Of a DNA stretch of 64,000 nt, positions 37,635 through 49,660 are shown piece by piece. The first letter of the stretch is position 1, and each line of letters starts with the position of its first letter. A program made the position numbers and the translations under genes. Source of the stretch: Massilibacteroides sp. (lineage in GTDB: Bacteria > Bacteroidota > Bacteroidia > Bacteroidales > Tannerellaceae); NCBI RefSeq assembly GCF_028705895.1, contig NZ_JAQWCQ010000014.1, positions 609 to 64,608 on the forward strand. The letters run 5' to 3'. The notes beneath the pieces were generated by a model. The model saw nothing but the letters and a program-made list of their open reading frames with translations. It had not been told where the DNA came from and ran no database searches.

Positions 37635-39533
37635 ATGAAAAATAGAAAACAAATAATAGCAGCAATCGTATTGAGTTCAGCTGTAGCGTTCAATTCTTGT
37701 TCGGATTTTATGGATGTTGTACCATCTACATCCTATACGGAGGAAATGGTGTTCACAGATGCTGCTTTGACACAGGCTTTTGTAAATGACTTGTATAATA
37801 ATATACATCCCGGAGCTAAAGAACACTCATTGGATGGCTTGACTGATGACGCATATTTTACACATAATTATGGTCAGAAAGATATCGTTGAAGCAACCTC
37901 TATTTCAGAGGGAAATCTTCGTTGGTACGATGATGATAATAATCCGTTTAAATGGAAGAAACGATATAATGGAATCCGTTTCGCAAATATAATTCTCAAT
38001 AATATTGACAAAGTTCCTCCTAAAATAGGATATGATCTGGATCGAATGAAAGGCGAAGCATTTTATATGCGTGCTCATATGTATCATGAATTGGTTCGTG
38101 GTTTCGGAGGTGTACCTATTGTGACTGAAAATTTCTCTTTAGATCAGGTTGAAGAAATGAAAAAACCGCGTAATACGATGCGTGAATGTCTTGATTTCAT
38201 AGTAAAAGACTTGGAAGAAGCGGAAAAATATCTGCCGGAAACAGTTGGCTCTTCAGAATGGGGACGTGTAACGAAATATGTAGCTATCGGATTAAAAGCA
38301 CGTATTTTATTGCATGTGGCTAGCCCATTATATGCAGATCGTACAGTTAACACTTTAAACGTGAATCAATTTGACGGAGATCGTGCGGCAACTTATCGTG
38401 CAGCTAAAGACGCGGCAATAAAGGTTATTAACGAAGGTCCTTTCAGCTTGATTGATTGTAGGGGTGGAATTAATACTGAAAGAGCGGAAAAGTTTAAAGC
38501 GATTATGACCGATGTTCAGAACAGTGAACAAATGTTTGTGCGTAACTATCATACCTCTATTGGTAACGCCAATAACATGGGGTTATGGCATGGTCCTAAT
38601 GGTTATCACAACTGGGCTGGTACTACTCCGACTCAAGATTTGGTTATGGCCTTTGAATTTGAAGATGGAACAATGCCTGAAGGTATGACGAAACCCGGAG
38701 AATTCCAAAAAGGTAATCCTTATAATGGTCGTGAGCCGCGCTTTTATGCAACAGTTGCGACAGATGGTAATACCTGGGGGCGTCCTCGCCCTTCTGATGC
38801 TGCAACATTAGATCCGACTCCACTTGGTCGTTTACAAGCTGGCAAATATGAGGTCACTAATGGTGATACTGAAATAGAATATCGTGATGGTGTAACAAGA
38901 ACTTCAATGTGGGGAGTTGATACCCGACAGGGGCCTATTGAGGATTGGAATGGCTCGTGGACGGGTTATTATGAAAAGAAACTAATCGATACCTCCATAG
39001 ATGCGCAATACTTCAGACAGACAGTACCTCATGTTTACATGCGTTTAGCTGAAATGTATTTGATTGCGGCAGAAGCATGTGTTGAATTAAACGAATTGGA
39101 TGAAGCTGCTAAATGGATGGATGTTTTGCGTGATCGTATTGATTTGACAGATACTAAAACTGCATTGGCTGCTCGCGGAAAACAATTTAATCAGGCAGAC
39201 TTGCGTGATTTTATTCGTCAACAACGTCGTGTGGAGTTTGCGTATGAACAGCATCGTTATTTTGATGTTCGCCGTTGGATGATAGCTGATGAATGTGGAA
39301 ATAAGCCTTTGACAGGCATTGTTGTTGAAGGTATATTAAAGCCGGGGAAAACGTCTTACAAACCTTATATTCATGATGAAGAAAAATATGATTATTACTA
39401 TTATGTAAATGATCTTTCCAGTCTTGAAAAGAGAAAGTGGATGGATAAAATGTATTTTGCCCCTATAAGTCAGGATGAAATCAGGCGTAATCCGAATTTA
39501 GTTCAAAATCCGGGCATGAGTATAGATAAATAA
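37635..39533 (+). CDS. SusD/RagB-family outer-membrane glycan-binding lipoprotein
   Basis: The ORF-track start is GTG 37629. ATG 37635 (MKNRKQIIAAIVLSSAVAFNSC lipobox) is preferred. SusD-like blocks are present: AFYMRAHMYHELVRGFGGVPIV; YLIAAEA; RRVEFAYEQHRYFDVRRW; PISQDEIRRNPNLVQNPG. Confidence 0.9.
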   Translation: MKNRKQIIAAIVLSSAVAFNSCSDFMDVVPSTSYTEEMVFTDAALTQAFVNDLYNNIHPGAKEHSLDGLTDDAYFTHNYGQKDIVEATSISEGNLRWYDDDNNPFKWKKRYNGIRFANIILNNIDKVPPKIGYDLDRMKGEAFYMRAHMYHELVRGFGGVPIVTENFSLDQVEEMKKPRNTMRECLDFIVKDLEEAEKYLPETVGSSEWGRVTKYVAIGLKARILLHVASPLYADRTVNTLNVNQFDGDRAATYRAAKDAAIKVINEGPFSLIDCRGGINTERAEKFKAIMTDVQNSEQMFVRNYHTSIGNANNMGLWHGPNGYHNWAGTTPTQDLVMAFEFEDGTMPEGMTKPGEFQKGNPYNGREPRFYATVATDGNTWGRPRPSDAATLDPTPLGRLQAGKYEVTNGDTEIEYRDGVTRTSMWGVDTRQGPIEDWNGSWTGYYEKKLIDTSIDAQYFRQTVPHVYMRLAEMYLIAAEACVELNELDEAAKWMDVLRDRIDLTDTKTALAARGKQFNQADLRDFIRQQRRVEFAYEQHRYFDVRRWMIADECGNKPLTGIVVEGILKPGKTSYKPYIHDEEKYDYYYYVNDLSSLEKRKWMDKMYFAPISQDEIRRNPNLVQNPGMSIDK

Positions 39534-39573
39534 TATAGGTAGCCTCATTATATAAACATAACGAATAGTTAAA

Positions 39574-39646
39574 AAAATCCTCTCATTGAGTTAGAGTCTG
39601 TTTGATTTTTTATAATAGACAGGTAAAATACCGATGAGAGGATTTT
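39574..39646 (+). terminator. Long-range hairpin after SusD (possible terminator or structured 3' element)
   Basis: AAAATCCTCTCAT (39574..39586) pairs perfectly with ATGAGAGGATTTT (39634..39646) across a 47-nt loop, followed by ATTAATT. Confidence 0.3.
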
Positions 39647-39870
39647 ATTAATTAGATATTGAATGAATGTTTTAAGTTTCTTTTTGATTAAAACTTAATA
39701 AAGGATAAATATGAAAACTCATGCTACATAAAATGGGTAGTTTTACGTAAAACAGGTGTTTTCCGCTTGCCGAGAATATGAATAGTTCTTGGAATTTTTT
39801 ATATTTGTGCAATCCTCTGTTTATTTTACTTTATAAGCAGCTTTGTTACATTTAAACTTATTGATATATC

Positions 39871-41037
39871 ATGAAAAACAGAAAATTAAGAATGGGTATG
39901 GTCGGAGGTGGTTCCGATGCGTTTATCGGTGCTATACACCGTTGTGGCGCTTTTATGGACAACCAGATTGAACTGGTGTGCGGATGCTTTAGTGTGAATC
40001 CTGAAATTTCACGTAGTTCCGGCCTATCATATTATCTTCCGGAGGATCGTATTTATAGTACTTATCAGGAAATGTTTGAACATGAGTTGACCCTTCCTGA
40101 AGGTGAAAGAATGGATTTTGTAACGATCGTTACACCTAATAAATGGCATTTTGAGCCGGCTATGATGGCTCTTGAAAGAGGTTTTCATGTGGTAATTGAT
40201 AAGCCGATTACATTCTCGCTTGAGGAAGCAAAGGAATTACAGAAAAAAGTAGAAGAGACCGGTCTGGTGCTTGCTTTGACGCATGTATATACGGGGTATC
40301 CAGCTGTAAAGGATATGAAAGCGCGTATTGCTGCAGGTGAATTGGGTAAAATACGTCGCGTGTACGTAGAATATTGTCAGGGTTGGCTTTCTGAAAGAAT
40401 AGAACTGTTAAGTGGTAATAATGCCGGGTGGCGTACTGATCCTAAACGCTCTGGTAAAGCCGGTTGTATTGGAGATATCGGAACGCATGCATGGCATCTA
40501 AGCGAATATGTGTTAGGACAAAAAGTAACCGAACTTTGCGGTGACTTGACTTCGTTTGTCCCTAATCGTCCGATTGACGATGATGGAACAGCGTTCCTTA
40601 AATATGATGGAGGAGCTAAGGGAGTACTTGTTTCTTCGCAAATTTGCGCGGGTGAAGAAAATAATATTCGTATTCGTGTATATGGAGAAAAAGGAGGCTT
40701 GGAATGGAGACAGGAGGAACCGAATTCTGTTTATGCGAAATGGATTGACAAACCAAAAGAGATTTATCGCGTAGGTAACGGAGGATATATGGCTCCGATC
40801 GCCAAATACAATGCCCGGACTCCGGGTGGACATCCGGAAGGATTTATTGAGTCGTTTGCAAATATTTACCGTAATTTTTCGGCAACGGTAAGAGCTATTG
40901 CCGAAGGACGTAAGGCAACCGAAGAAGAATTGGACTTCCCGACTGTTTATGATGGTGTTAGAGGAATGCAATTCATTGAAACAATGGTTGAAGCAGGGCA
41001 TAATGACTCTCAGAAATGGCAGAAATGGATTGATTAA
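39871..41037 (+). CDS. Gfo/Idh/MocA-family oxidoreductase, cytoplasmic (no signal peptide)
   Basis: 388-aa ORF with Rossmann start LRMGMVGGGSDAFIGAIH, then VTPNKWHFEPAMMALERGFHVVIDKP. A TATATTTG box lies at 39800..39807 upstream. Confidence 0.85.
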   Translation: MKNRKLRMGMVGGGSDAFIGAIHRCGAFMDNQIELVCGCFSVNPEISRSSGLSYYLPEDRIYSTYQEMFEHELTLPEGERMDFVTIVTPNKWHFEPAMMALERGFHVVIDKPITFSLEEAKELQKKVEETGLVLALTHVYTGYPAVKDMKARIAAGELGKIRRVYVEYCQGWLSERIELLSGNNAGWRTDPKRSGKAGCIGDIGTHAWHLSEYVLGQKVTELCGDLTSFVPNRPIDDDGTAFLKYDGGAKGVLVSSQICAGEENNIRIRVYGEKGGLEWRQEEPNSVYAKWIDKPKEIYRVGNGGYMAPIAKYNARTPGGHPEGFIESFANIYRNFSATVRAIAEGRKATEEELDFPTVYDGVRGMQFIETMVEAGHNDSQKWQKWID

Positions 41038-41046
41038 ATGAACTAA

Positions 41047-44160
<3,114 letters not shown>

Positions 44161-44190
44161 TAAGAAATATGAATTATAGATAAATATAGG

Positions 44191-44236
44191 AAGAAGAGAT
44201 TGGTGATGTTATGTTGCCTCTCTCTTCTTTATTTAT
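44191..44236 (+). terminator. Possible intrinsic terminator after the GH2 gene
   Basis: AAGAAGAGA (44191..44199) pairs with TCTCTTCTT (44221..44229) across a 21-nt loop, followed by a T-rich tail TATTTATT. Confidence 0.3.
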
Positions 44237-44362
44237 TATTGAAAATTGTTTAATAGAGGCGGTTCTACTTTTCTAACAATAAAAAAAACATTATTTTTAG
44301 GCCTTATTCAGCTTTTTGATGTGTTTAGTTGTGTTACTGTTAACAGATTACCATAAAAACAA

Positions 44363-45940
44363 ATGACAAATAAAAATTCTTATTCAAACTCTCAAAAGAA
44401 AAAAAGCTTTTTTCGCGGAAAAACTTTCATTCTACTATTAGGCGTCGGGCTTGGTGTTGCTGCGATGATCGGTATTTATCAAACTTCAGTTTATTTTTCG
44501 ACAGACGAATCCTGTATGATGTGTCATGTGCATCCCCATGCAGAGGAAACATGGAAAATAGGGAAACATGTCAATAACAGCAGTGGCGTTAAGGTTCATT
44601 GTGTAGATTGCCACCTTCCTCCAAAACATGATACTTGGGCGCACTATACAGCCAAGGCTAAATTAGGAGCTAAGGATCTTTGGGGATATTTAACGAAAGA
44701 CAGTGCTGACTTCGATTGGGAAACTAAATCTCAATTGGAACATGCCATTAAGTTTATCCCTAATGAATCCTGTAAGGAATGCCATCAGAATTTATTTCCC
44801 GAAGGAATTAACAATGACGGTATTACAGCCCATCTTTATTATGAAGAAAATGAAAAAAAATTAGACCTGCAATGTATTAGTTGCCACCTTGACGCAGGAC
44901 ATTATAATCCGGATTATACACACGGACAATTAGAAGGAATTCCGACAATGTCATCAGCTACTGTAGATACCAGTCTCTTCTTTAAAGAATCAACTGCGGT
45001 AACTTCCTTTAGTGATTATGTTGAACAGATTCCGGGCACGATGATTTCTTTCAAAATGGTTGCTGTTCCGGGTGGATCTTTTAAAATGGGTAGTTCTTCA
45101 AAAGAAGCATTCCATAAAGCAGATGAAGCTCCCGTTCGTAATGTAACTCTTACTCCTTTCTTTATGGCTGAAGTTGAAGCTACGTGGGATCAGTATTGGG
45201 CATTCTACGGACAAACAATGAGTGAGGGGCGTACTCCTCCCGAAACAGTTTATGCCAATAATAGTAATCCTGAAGTAGATGCGATTTCGGGTCCAACTCC
45301 TCCGTTTGGATTCCCAGACCAAGGATGGGGTGGAGGTGATCGCCCTGCAATTACGATGACGCATTATGCTGCGGAAACATTTTGCCAGTGGCTTTCACAA
45401 AAAACAGGAAAGAAATACCGTTTGCCTACAGAAGCTGAATGGGAATATGCTGCTCGTGGCGGTGTTGAAACTCCGTATTTTTTTGAAGGAAATCCAAAAG
45501 ACTTTTCGGATGAAGGTTTCTGGCGCAAACTTTTCAGTGCTAAAACCGAACCGATCAGTAATTATATCATTTATAATAAGAATAGTAAGAATAAGACACA
45601 AGAACCATCTGCCGTGCAGGCTAATCCGTTCGGCTTAAAGAATATGTTAGGAAACGTGATGGAATATTGTGCGGACAAATATGATCCTGAAGCCTATTCG
45701 AAAACAGATGAGAATGTGACAAATCCATTGGTGACGAGTGGTGACGAATGGGTTGTAAGAGGAGGTAACTATACTTCCGATGCTGCGGATGTGAGAAGTG
45801 CTGCCCGTGATTATTCAAAACATGACATCTGGCTGAAGACCGACCCGCAACAACCTAAAAGTATCTGGTGGTATTCAGACATTCGCGGAATCGGCTTCCG
45901 TGTAGTTTGTGAACCGGATGCATCAATCAATGCAAATTAA
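44363..45940 (+). CDS. Fusion protein: membrane-anchored NapC/NirT-type tetrahaem cytochrome c (aa ~1-190) plus an FGE/SUMF1-fold domain (aa ~225-520)
   Basis: 525-aa ORF with a TM helix at aa 21-39. It has four CxxCH motifs: CMMCH (aa 51, nt 44513), CVDCH (aa 80), CKECH (aa 137) and CISCH (aa 171). FGE-fold blocks are VAVPGGSFKMGS, YRLPTEAEWEYAARGG, GNVMEYCAD, VVRGGNY (nt 45752) and GFRVVCE. Confidence 0.8.
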   Translation: MTNKNSYSNSQKKKSFFRGKTFILLLGVGLGVAAMIGIYQTSVYFSTDESCMMCHVHPHAEETWKIGKHVNNSSGVKVHCVDCHLPPKHDTWAHYTAKAKLGAKDLWGYLTKDSADFDWETKSQLEHAIKFIPNESCKECHQNLFPEGINNDGITAHLYYEENEKKLDLQCISCHLDAGHYNPDYTHGQLEGIPTMSSATVDTSLFFKESTAVTSFSDYVEQIPGTMISFKMVAVPGGSFKMGSSSKEAFHKADEAPVRNVTLTPFFMAEVEATWDQYWAFYGQTMSEGRTPPETVYANNSNPEVDAISGPTPPFGFPDQGWGGGDRPAITMTHYAAETFCQWLSQKTGKKYRLPTEAEWEYAARGGVETPYFFEGNPKDFSDEGFWRKLFSAKTEPISNYIIYNKNSKNKTQEPSAVQANPFGLKNMLGNVMEYCADKYDPEAYSKTDENVTNPLVTSGDEWVVRGGNYTSDAADVRSAARDYSKHDIWLKTDPQQPKSIWWYSDIRGIGFRVVCEPDASINAN

Positions 45941-45970
45941 TAATATAAACACTTTAAATATTTTTTTATC

Positions 45971-47365
45971 ATGAAAAAAGAAAACAGTATCAGTAGGAGA
46001 TCATTCCTGAAAAGTTCTGCAATGGCAGGTGCTCTTGGTGCAATTGGCACAGGCGGAGCAGCAACAGTATTAACTTCTTGTGGTGGTGGAGCTGCGGAAA
46101 GTGCTTCTGCTACAAAACCGCTTAAAGAACCTGGAACATATTATATTCCTGAATTGCCTGATTTAGCAACAGACGGACAAGAATTGAAAGCTGGTGTTAT
46201 TGGTTGCGGCGGTCGTGGTTCTGGTGCTGCATTTGACTTCTTAAATGCCGCAAACGGAGTAACTATCGTTGCGCTTGGAGATACTTTCCAGGAAAGAGTC
46301 GATGGATTAGCTGATAAATTGAAAAAAGAAAAGAATATTGATGTTCCTGCTGACAAGCGTTTTGTTGGTCTGGATGCTTATAAACAAGTAATCGAAAGTG
46401 GTGTAGATGTAGTTATCGTTGCAACTCCTCCTTGTTTCCGCCCGACTCATTTCCAGTATGCAACGGAAAAAGGCAAACATTCATTCCTGGAAAAACCTAT
46501 CTGTGTAGATCCTGTTGGATATAAAACAATTGTAGCAACAGCTAAACAAGCTCAGGCTAAAGGTCTTCGTGTAGTTACAGGAACACAACGTCATCATCAA
46601 CGTAACTATGTTGAGTCTTACAAAAAGATCATGGAAGGTGCAATTGGTGAGATTACAGGCGGTGTGGTTTACTGGAACCAGAATATGCTTTGGTATCGCG
46701 AACGTCAACAAGGCTGGAACGATTGTGAATGGATGATTAAGGACTGGGTAAACTGGAAATGGCTGTCAGGAGATCATATCGTAGAACAACATGTTCATAA
46801 TATTGATGTGTTTACATGGTTTAGCGGTCTTAAACCTGTAAAAGCTGTTGGCTTTGGTTCTCGTCAACGTCGTCTGACCGGAGACCAATATGATAATTTC
46901 AGCATTGACTTTACGATGGAAAATGGAATTCACCTGCACAGTATGTGTCGTCAGATTGACGGTTGTGTAAATAATGTAAGTGAATTTATTCAAGGAACAA
47001 AAGGTTCTTGGTCAACAGCTAATGGTGAAACAGTGATCAAAGACCTGGCTGGAAATGAAATCTGGAAGTTTGACAAGGAAGCAGAAAAAGCAAGCTTTAA
47101 ACAAACAAATCCGTATGTACTTGAACACGTAAACTGGATTAACAGCATTCGTGGTAAGAAAGAAATAGAACAAGCTTCTGAAACTGCCATTTCTAATATG
47201 GCTGCAATCATGGGACGTGAATCAGCTTATTCTGGCGCTGAAGTAACATGGGATGCAATGAGTGCTTCTAATCTTGATTATATACCTAAAGATTTGAATC
47301 TTGGAAAGATGGATATGAGCGGTTTCGTTGTTCCTGTTCCGGGAAAACCTATTGACAAGAAATAA
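45971..47365 (+). CDS. Gfo/Idh/MocA-family oxidoreductase, Tat-exported lipoprotein
   Basis: 464-aa ORF with the Tat motif SRRSFLK followed by the lipobox LTSCGG. It has a Rossmann start LKAGVIGCGGRG, then ATPPCFRPTHFQYATEKGKHSFLEKP. Confidence 0.85.
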   Translation: MKKENSISRRSFLKSSAMAGALGAIGTGGAATVLTSCGGGAAESASATKPLKEPGTYYIPELPDLATDGQELKAGVIGCGGRGSGAAFDFLNAANGVTIVALGDTFQERVDGLADKLKKEKNIDVPADKRFVGLDAYKQVIESGVDVVIVATPPCFRPTHFQYATEKGKHSFLEKPICVDPVGYKTIVATAKQAQAKGLRVVTGTQRHHQRNYVESYKKIMEGAIGEITGGVVYWNQNMLWYRERQQGWNDCEWMIKDWVNWKWLSGDHIVEQHVHNIDVFTWFSGLKPVKAVGFGSRQRRLTGDQYDNFSIDFTMENGIHLHSMCRQIDGCVNNVSEFIQGTKGSWSTANGETVIKDLAGNEIWKFDKEAEKASFKQTNPYVLEHVNWINSIRGKKEIEQASETAISNMAAIMGRESAYSGAEVTWDAMSASNLDYIPKDLNLGKMDMSGFVVPVPGKPIDKK

Positions 47366-47373
47366 TTATAATT

Positions 47374-48300
47374 ATGTCACTCAATAGAAGAAACTTTTTA
47401 AGAACCGGTCTTGTAGGTGCTGCAGCAACAGCTGTCGGCACCTCATGGGCGGGCTGTACTTCTGCTCCGGCAAGTCAAAGCAGTGCTGAAACGACCAAAA
47501 GTAAGGCTGAATTAAAGCTTTCTTTTCAGGAAGGTATAGCACCAGGTAAAGACTTAAATGAAAAGTTCGATCTTTTCGAAAAATTAGGAATTGTCGGTTT
47601 TGAACCGGGCGGTAGAGGTTTAGCTGATCGTGTAGGTGAAATAAAAGATGCCTTAAAAGGACGTAATATAAAGGTTAGTGCTATTTGTGCCGGTTTCCAG
47701 GGCTTTATGCTTGCCGAAGATGAAGCAGTGCGTAACCAATGTCGTGATACTATGCAGGAAATCATTACTGCTGCCGGAGAACTCGAGTCAACGGGAGTAA
47801 TTATTGTACCTGCATTTAATCATCAAACGCCGGCGATGCCGCATACTCAGGAAACGCGTGATTTCCTTTGTAAATGGTTTGACGAACTGGGTACTTTTGC
47901 TGCACAACATGGTACGACTGTAATCTTTGAGCCGCTAAACCGTAAAGAAGCGTTTTATTTGCGTCAGGTAGCTGATGCAGCATCAATTTGCCGTGATATC
48001 AACAATCCGGGAGTTCGTTGTATGGGCGACTTCTGGCATATGACTTGGGAAGAAACCTGTGATATGGGAGCATTCCTTTCTGCCGGAGAATACTTGCAGC
48101 ATGTTCATATTGCAAGTCGGAAACGTAGAAGTATGCCAAGTGAAGATGGAGAAGCGGATAACTACATCACCGGTTTCAAAGGCCTGAAGATGTTAGGATA
48201 TGATAAATACGTAAGTTTTGAATGCGGCTGTCAGGGTGACCGTAATGTGGTTGTTCCTGCAGCAGTAGAACTTTTACGCAAACAATGGGAAGAAGCATAA
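47374..48300 (+). CDS. Xylose-isomerase-like TIM-barrel (sugar phosphate isomerase/epimerase family) protein, Tat-exported lipoprotein
   Basis: 308-aa ORF with the Tat motif NRRNFLR and lipobox WAGCTS. Family-typical metal-site blocks are VIFEPLNRKEAFYL, MGDFWHMTWEE, HVHIASRKRR and VSFECG. Confidence 0.8.
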   Translation: MSLNRRNFLRTGLVGAAATAVGTSWAGCTSAPASQSSAETTKSKAELKLSFQEGIAPGKDLNEKFDLFEKLGIVGFEPGGRGLADRVGEIKDALKGRNIKVSAICAGFQGFMLAEDEAVRNQCRDTMQEIITAAGELESTGVIIVPAFNHQTPAMPHTQETRDFLCKWFDELGTFAAQHGTTVIFEPLNRKEAFYLRQVADAASICRDINNPGVRCMGDFWHMTWEETCDMGAFLSAGEYLQHVHIASRKRRSMPSEDGEADNYITGFKGLKMLGYDKYVSFECGCQGDRNVVVPAAVELLRKQWEEA

Positions 48301-48301
48301 T

Positions 48302-49015
48302 ATGCCGTTGATATATTCAAATATGCAATTGAGTGAGGTTGTGGAAGAACACACCTCACTCATTCCTGTTATTAACAGGTTTGGTATCCGTCTTGGATTA
48401 GGGGATAAGTCGGTAAAAGATATCTGTAGTGAACATCAAATAGATCTGGATTTTCTACTTGTGGTGATCAATACTTTCCTTAATGAAGAATATTTTCCGG
48501 AAAAGAGGCTGCAGACATTCCACACTTCGCAGATTATTGATTACCTAACCAAAACAAATTCGGACTATCAGAGACACCAATTACCTAATATCGAACGTCA
48601 TCTGGGATCATTCATATCACTTAGTGCAGCTTCCGGAAACAATTCACTTGCGGTAATTGGTAAATTCTTTGCTTCATTTAAAGCCAAGTTAACCGACAGG
48701 ATAGAAAAAGATACGAATGAATGGTTTCCGTATTGCCTGAGCCTGAGTGAGAAGCTGGGAAAGTTGCAGACAGATAAACAAGAAGCTTTTATCCTGAATT
48801 TACCAGAACATAAAATAGACAATTCGTTAGAAGCCTTGCTTACCGACCTGAAAAGTTTGATGATCAAACATATCTCGGGAGAATACAATGAAAATCTATG
48901 TTATGCGGTGATCTTCGCAATCAGCAGTCTGGAAAAAGATATACGCCAACAAGATCGTATTCGCTTCCGTATATTAGCTCCGATGGTATCTGCAATGGAA
49001 AAGCTAAGTTTATAA
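48302..49015 (+). CDS. Hemerythrin-like / RIC (ScdA/YtfE)-like domain protein, function unknown
   Basis: 237-aa ORF whose ATG lies 1 nt after the upstream TAA. The N-terminus (MQLSEVVEEHTSLIPVINRFGIRLGLGDKSVKDICSEHQIDLDFLL) resembles the ScdA_N domain. The block IIDYLTKTNSDYQRHQLPNIERHL resembles the YtfE hemerythrin start, but with several His positions replaced. Confidence 0.35.
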   Translation: MPLIYSNMQLSEVVEEHTSLIPVINRFGIRLGLGDKSVKDICSEHQIDLDFLLVVINTFLNEEYFPEKRLQTFHTSQIIDYLTKTNSDYQRHQLPNIERHLGSFISLSAASGNNSLAVIGKFFASFKAKLTDRIEKDTNEWFPYCLSLSEKLGKLQTDKQEAFILNLPEHKIDNSLEALLTDLKSLMIKHISGEYNENLCYAVIFAISSLEKDIRQQDRIRFRILAPMVSAMEKLSL

Positions 49016-49028
49016 TCTTCTCAATCTT

Positions 49029-49610
49029 ATGCACAAAAGTAAGCAAATAGCGATTATACTTACTGACACTTTACAAAGCGCCGGCCTTCAATCTATCCTT
49101 GTGGATTATTTCCCTCCTGTTTCAATCTCTGTTTTTTCTTCATTTAACAGAATGGAGGAAAACGGGACAGATCAATTTGATTATTTCTTTATTCCATCTG
49201 AAACCTTTGTGCTTTATTCCGAATTTTTTCTGCCTCGAAGAAATAAAACGATTGTTTTAACTTCAGACGGTGAAATGAAGGAAGCTGCCAATGTGCTTAC
49301 ATCGAACTTTTACCTTAACACAACAAACTCTCTCGAACTGATTATAGATCGTTTGCAACAATTATTCAGTTACGAAAGTAACGGTGCTGAAACAAATAAA
49401 GGCTTATCTATACGCGAGACAGATGTGCTGCAGCTGATCGTAAAAGGTATTACGAACAAGGAAATTGCAGACAAACTAAATATTAGTTTGAATACGGTGT
49501 TGAGTCATCGTAAAAACATAACATCCAAATTAGGCATTAAAACAGTTTCAGGATTAACTTATTATGCTATAATGAACGGACTTATCTCGGCTGACGAAAT
49601 AGAACTGTAA
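49029..49610 (+). CDS. LuxR/FixJ-type HTH regulator with an atypical (pseudo-receiver-like) N-terminal domain
   Basis: 193-aa ORF with the C-terminal LuxR HTH LSIRETDVLQLIVKGITNKEIADKLNISLNTVLSHRKNITSKLGIKT. The N-terminal ~125 aa has receiver-like beta-alpha rhythm (IAIILTDTLQSAGL) but lacks the canonical acidic DD pair. Confidence 0.7.
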   Translation: MHKSKQIAIILTDTLQSAGLQSILVDYFPPVSISVFSSFNRMEENGTDQFDYFFIPSETFVLYSEFFLPRRNKTIVLTSDGEMKEAANVLTSNFYLNTTNSLELIIDRLQQLFSYESNGAETNKGLSIRETDVLQLIVKGITNKEIADKLNISLNTVLSHRKNITSKLGIKTVSGLTYYAIMNGLISADEIEL

Positions 49611-49660
49611 CTTTTTCTTTCTTCACGTTGTTATATGTCAGTCATACCAAAGAGTACTAC

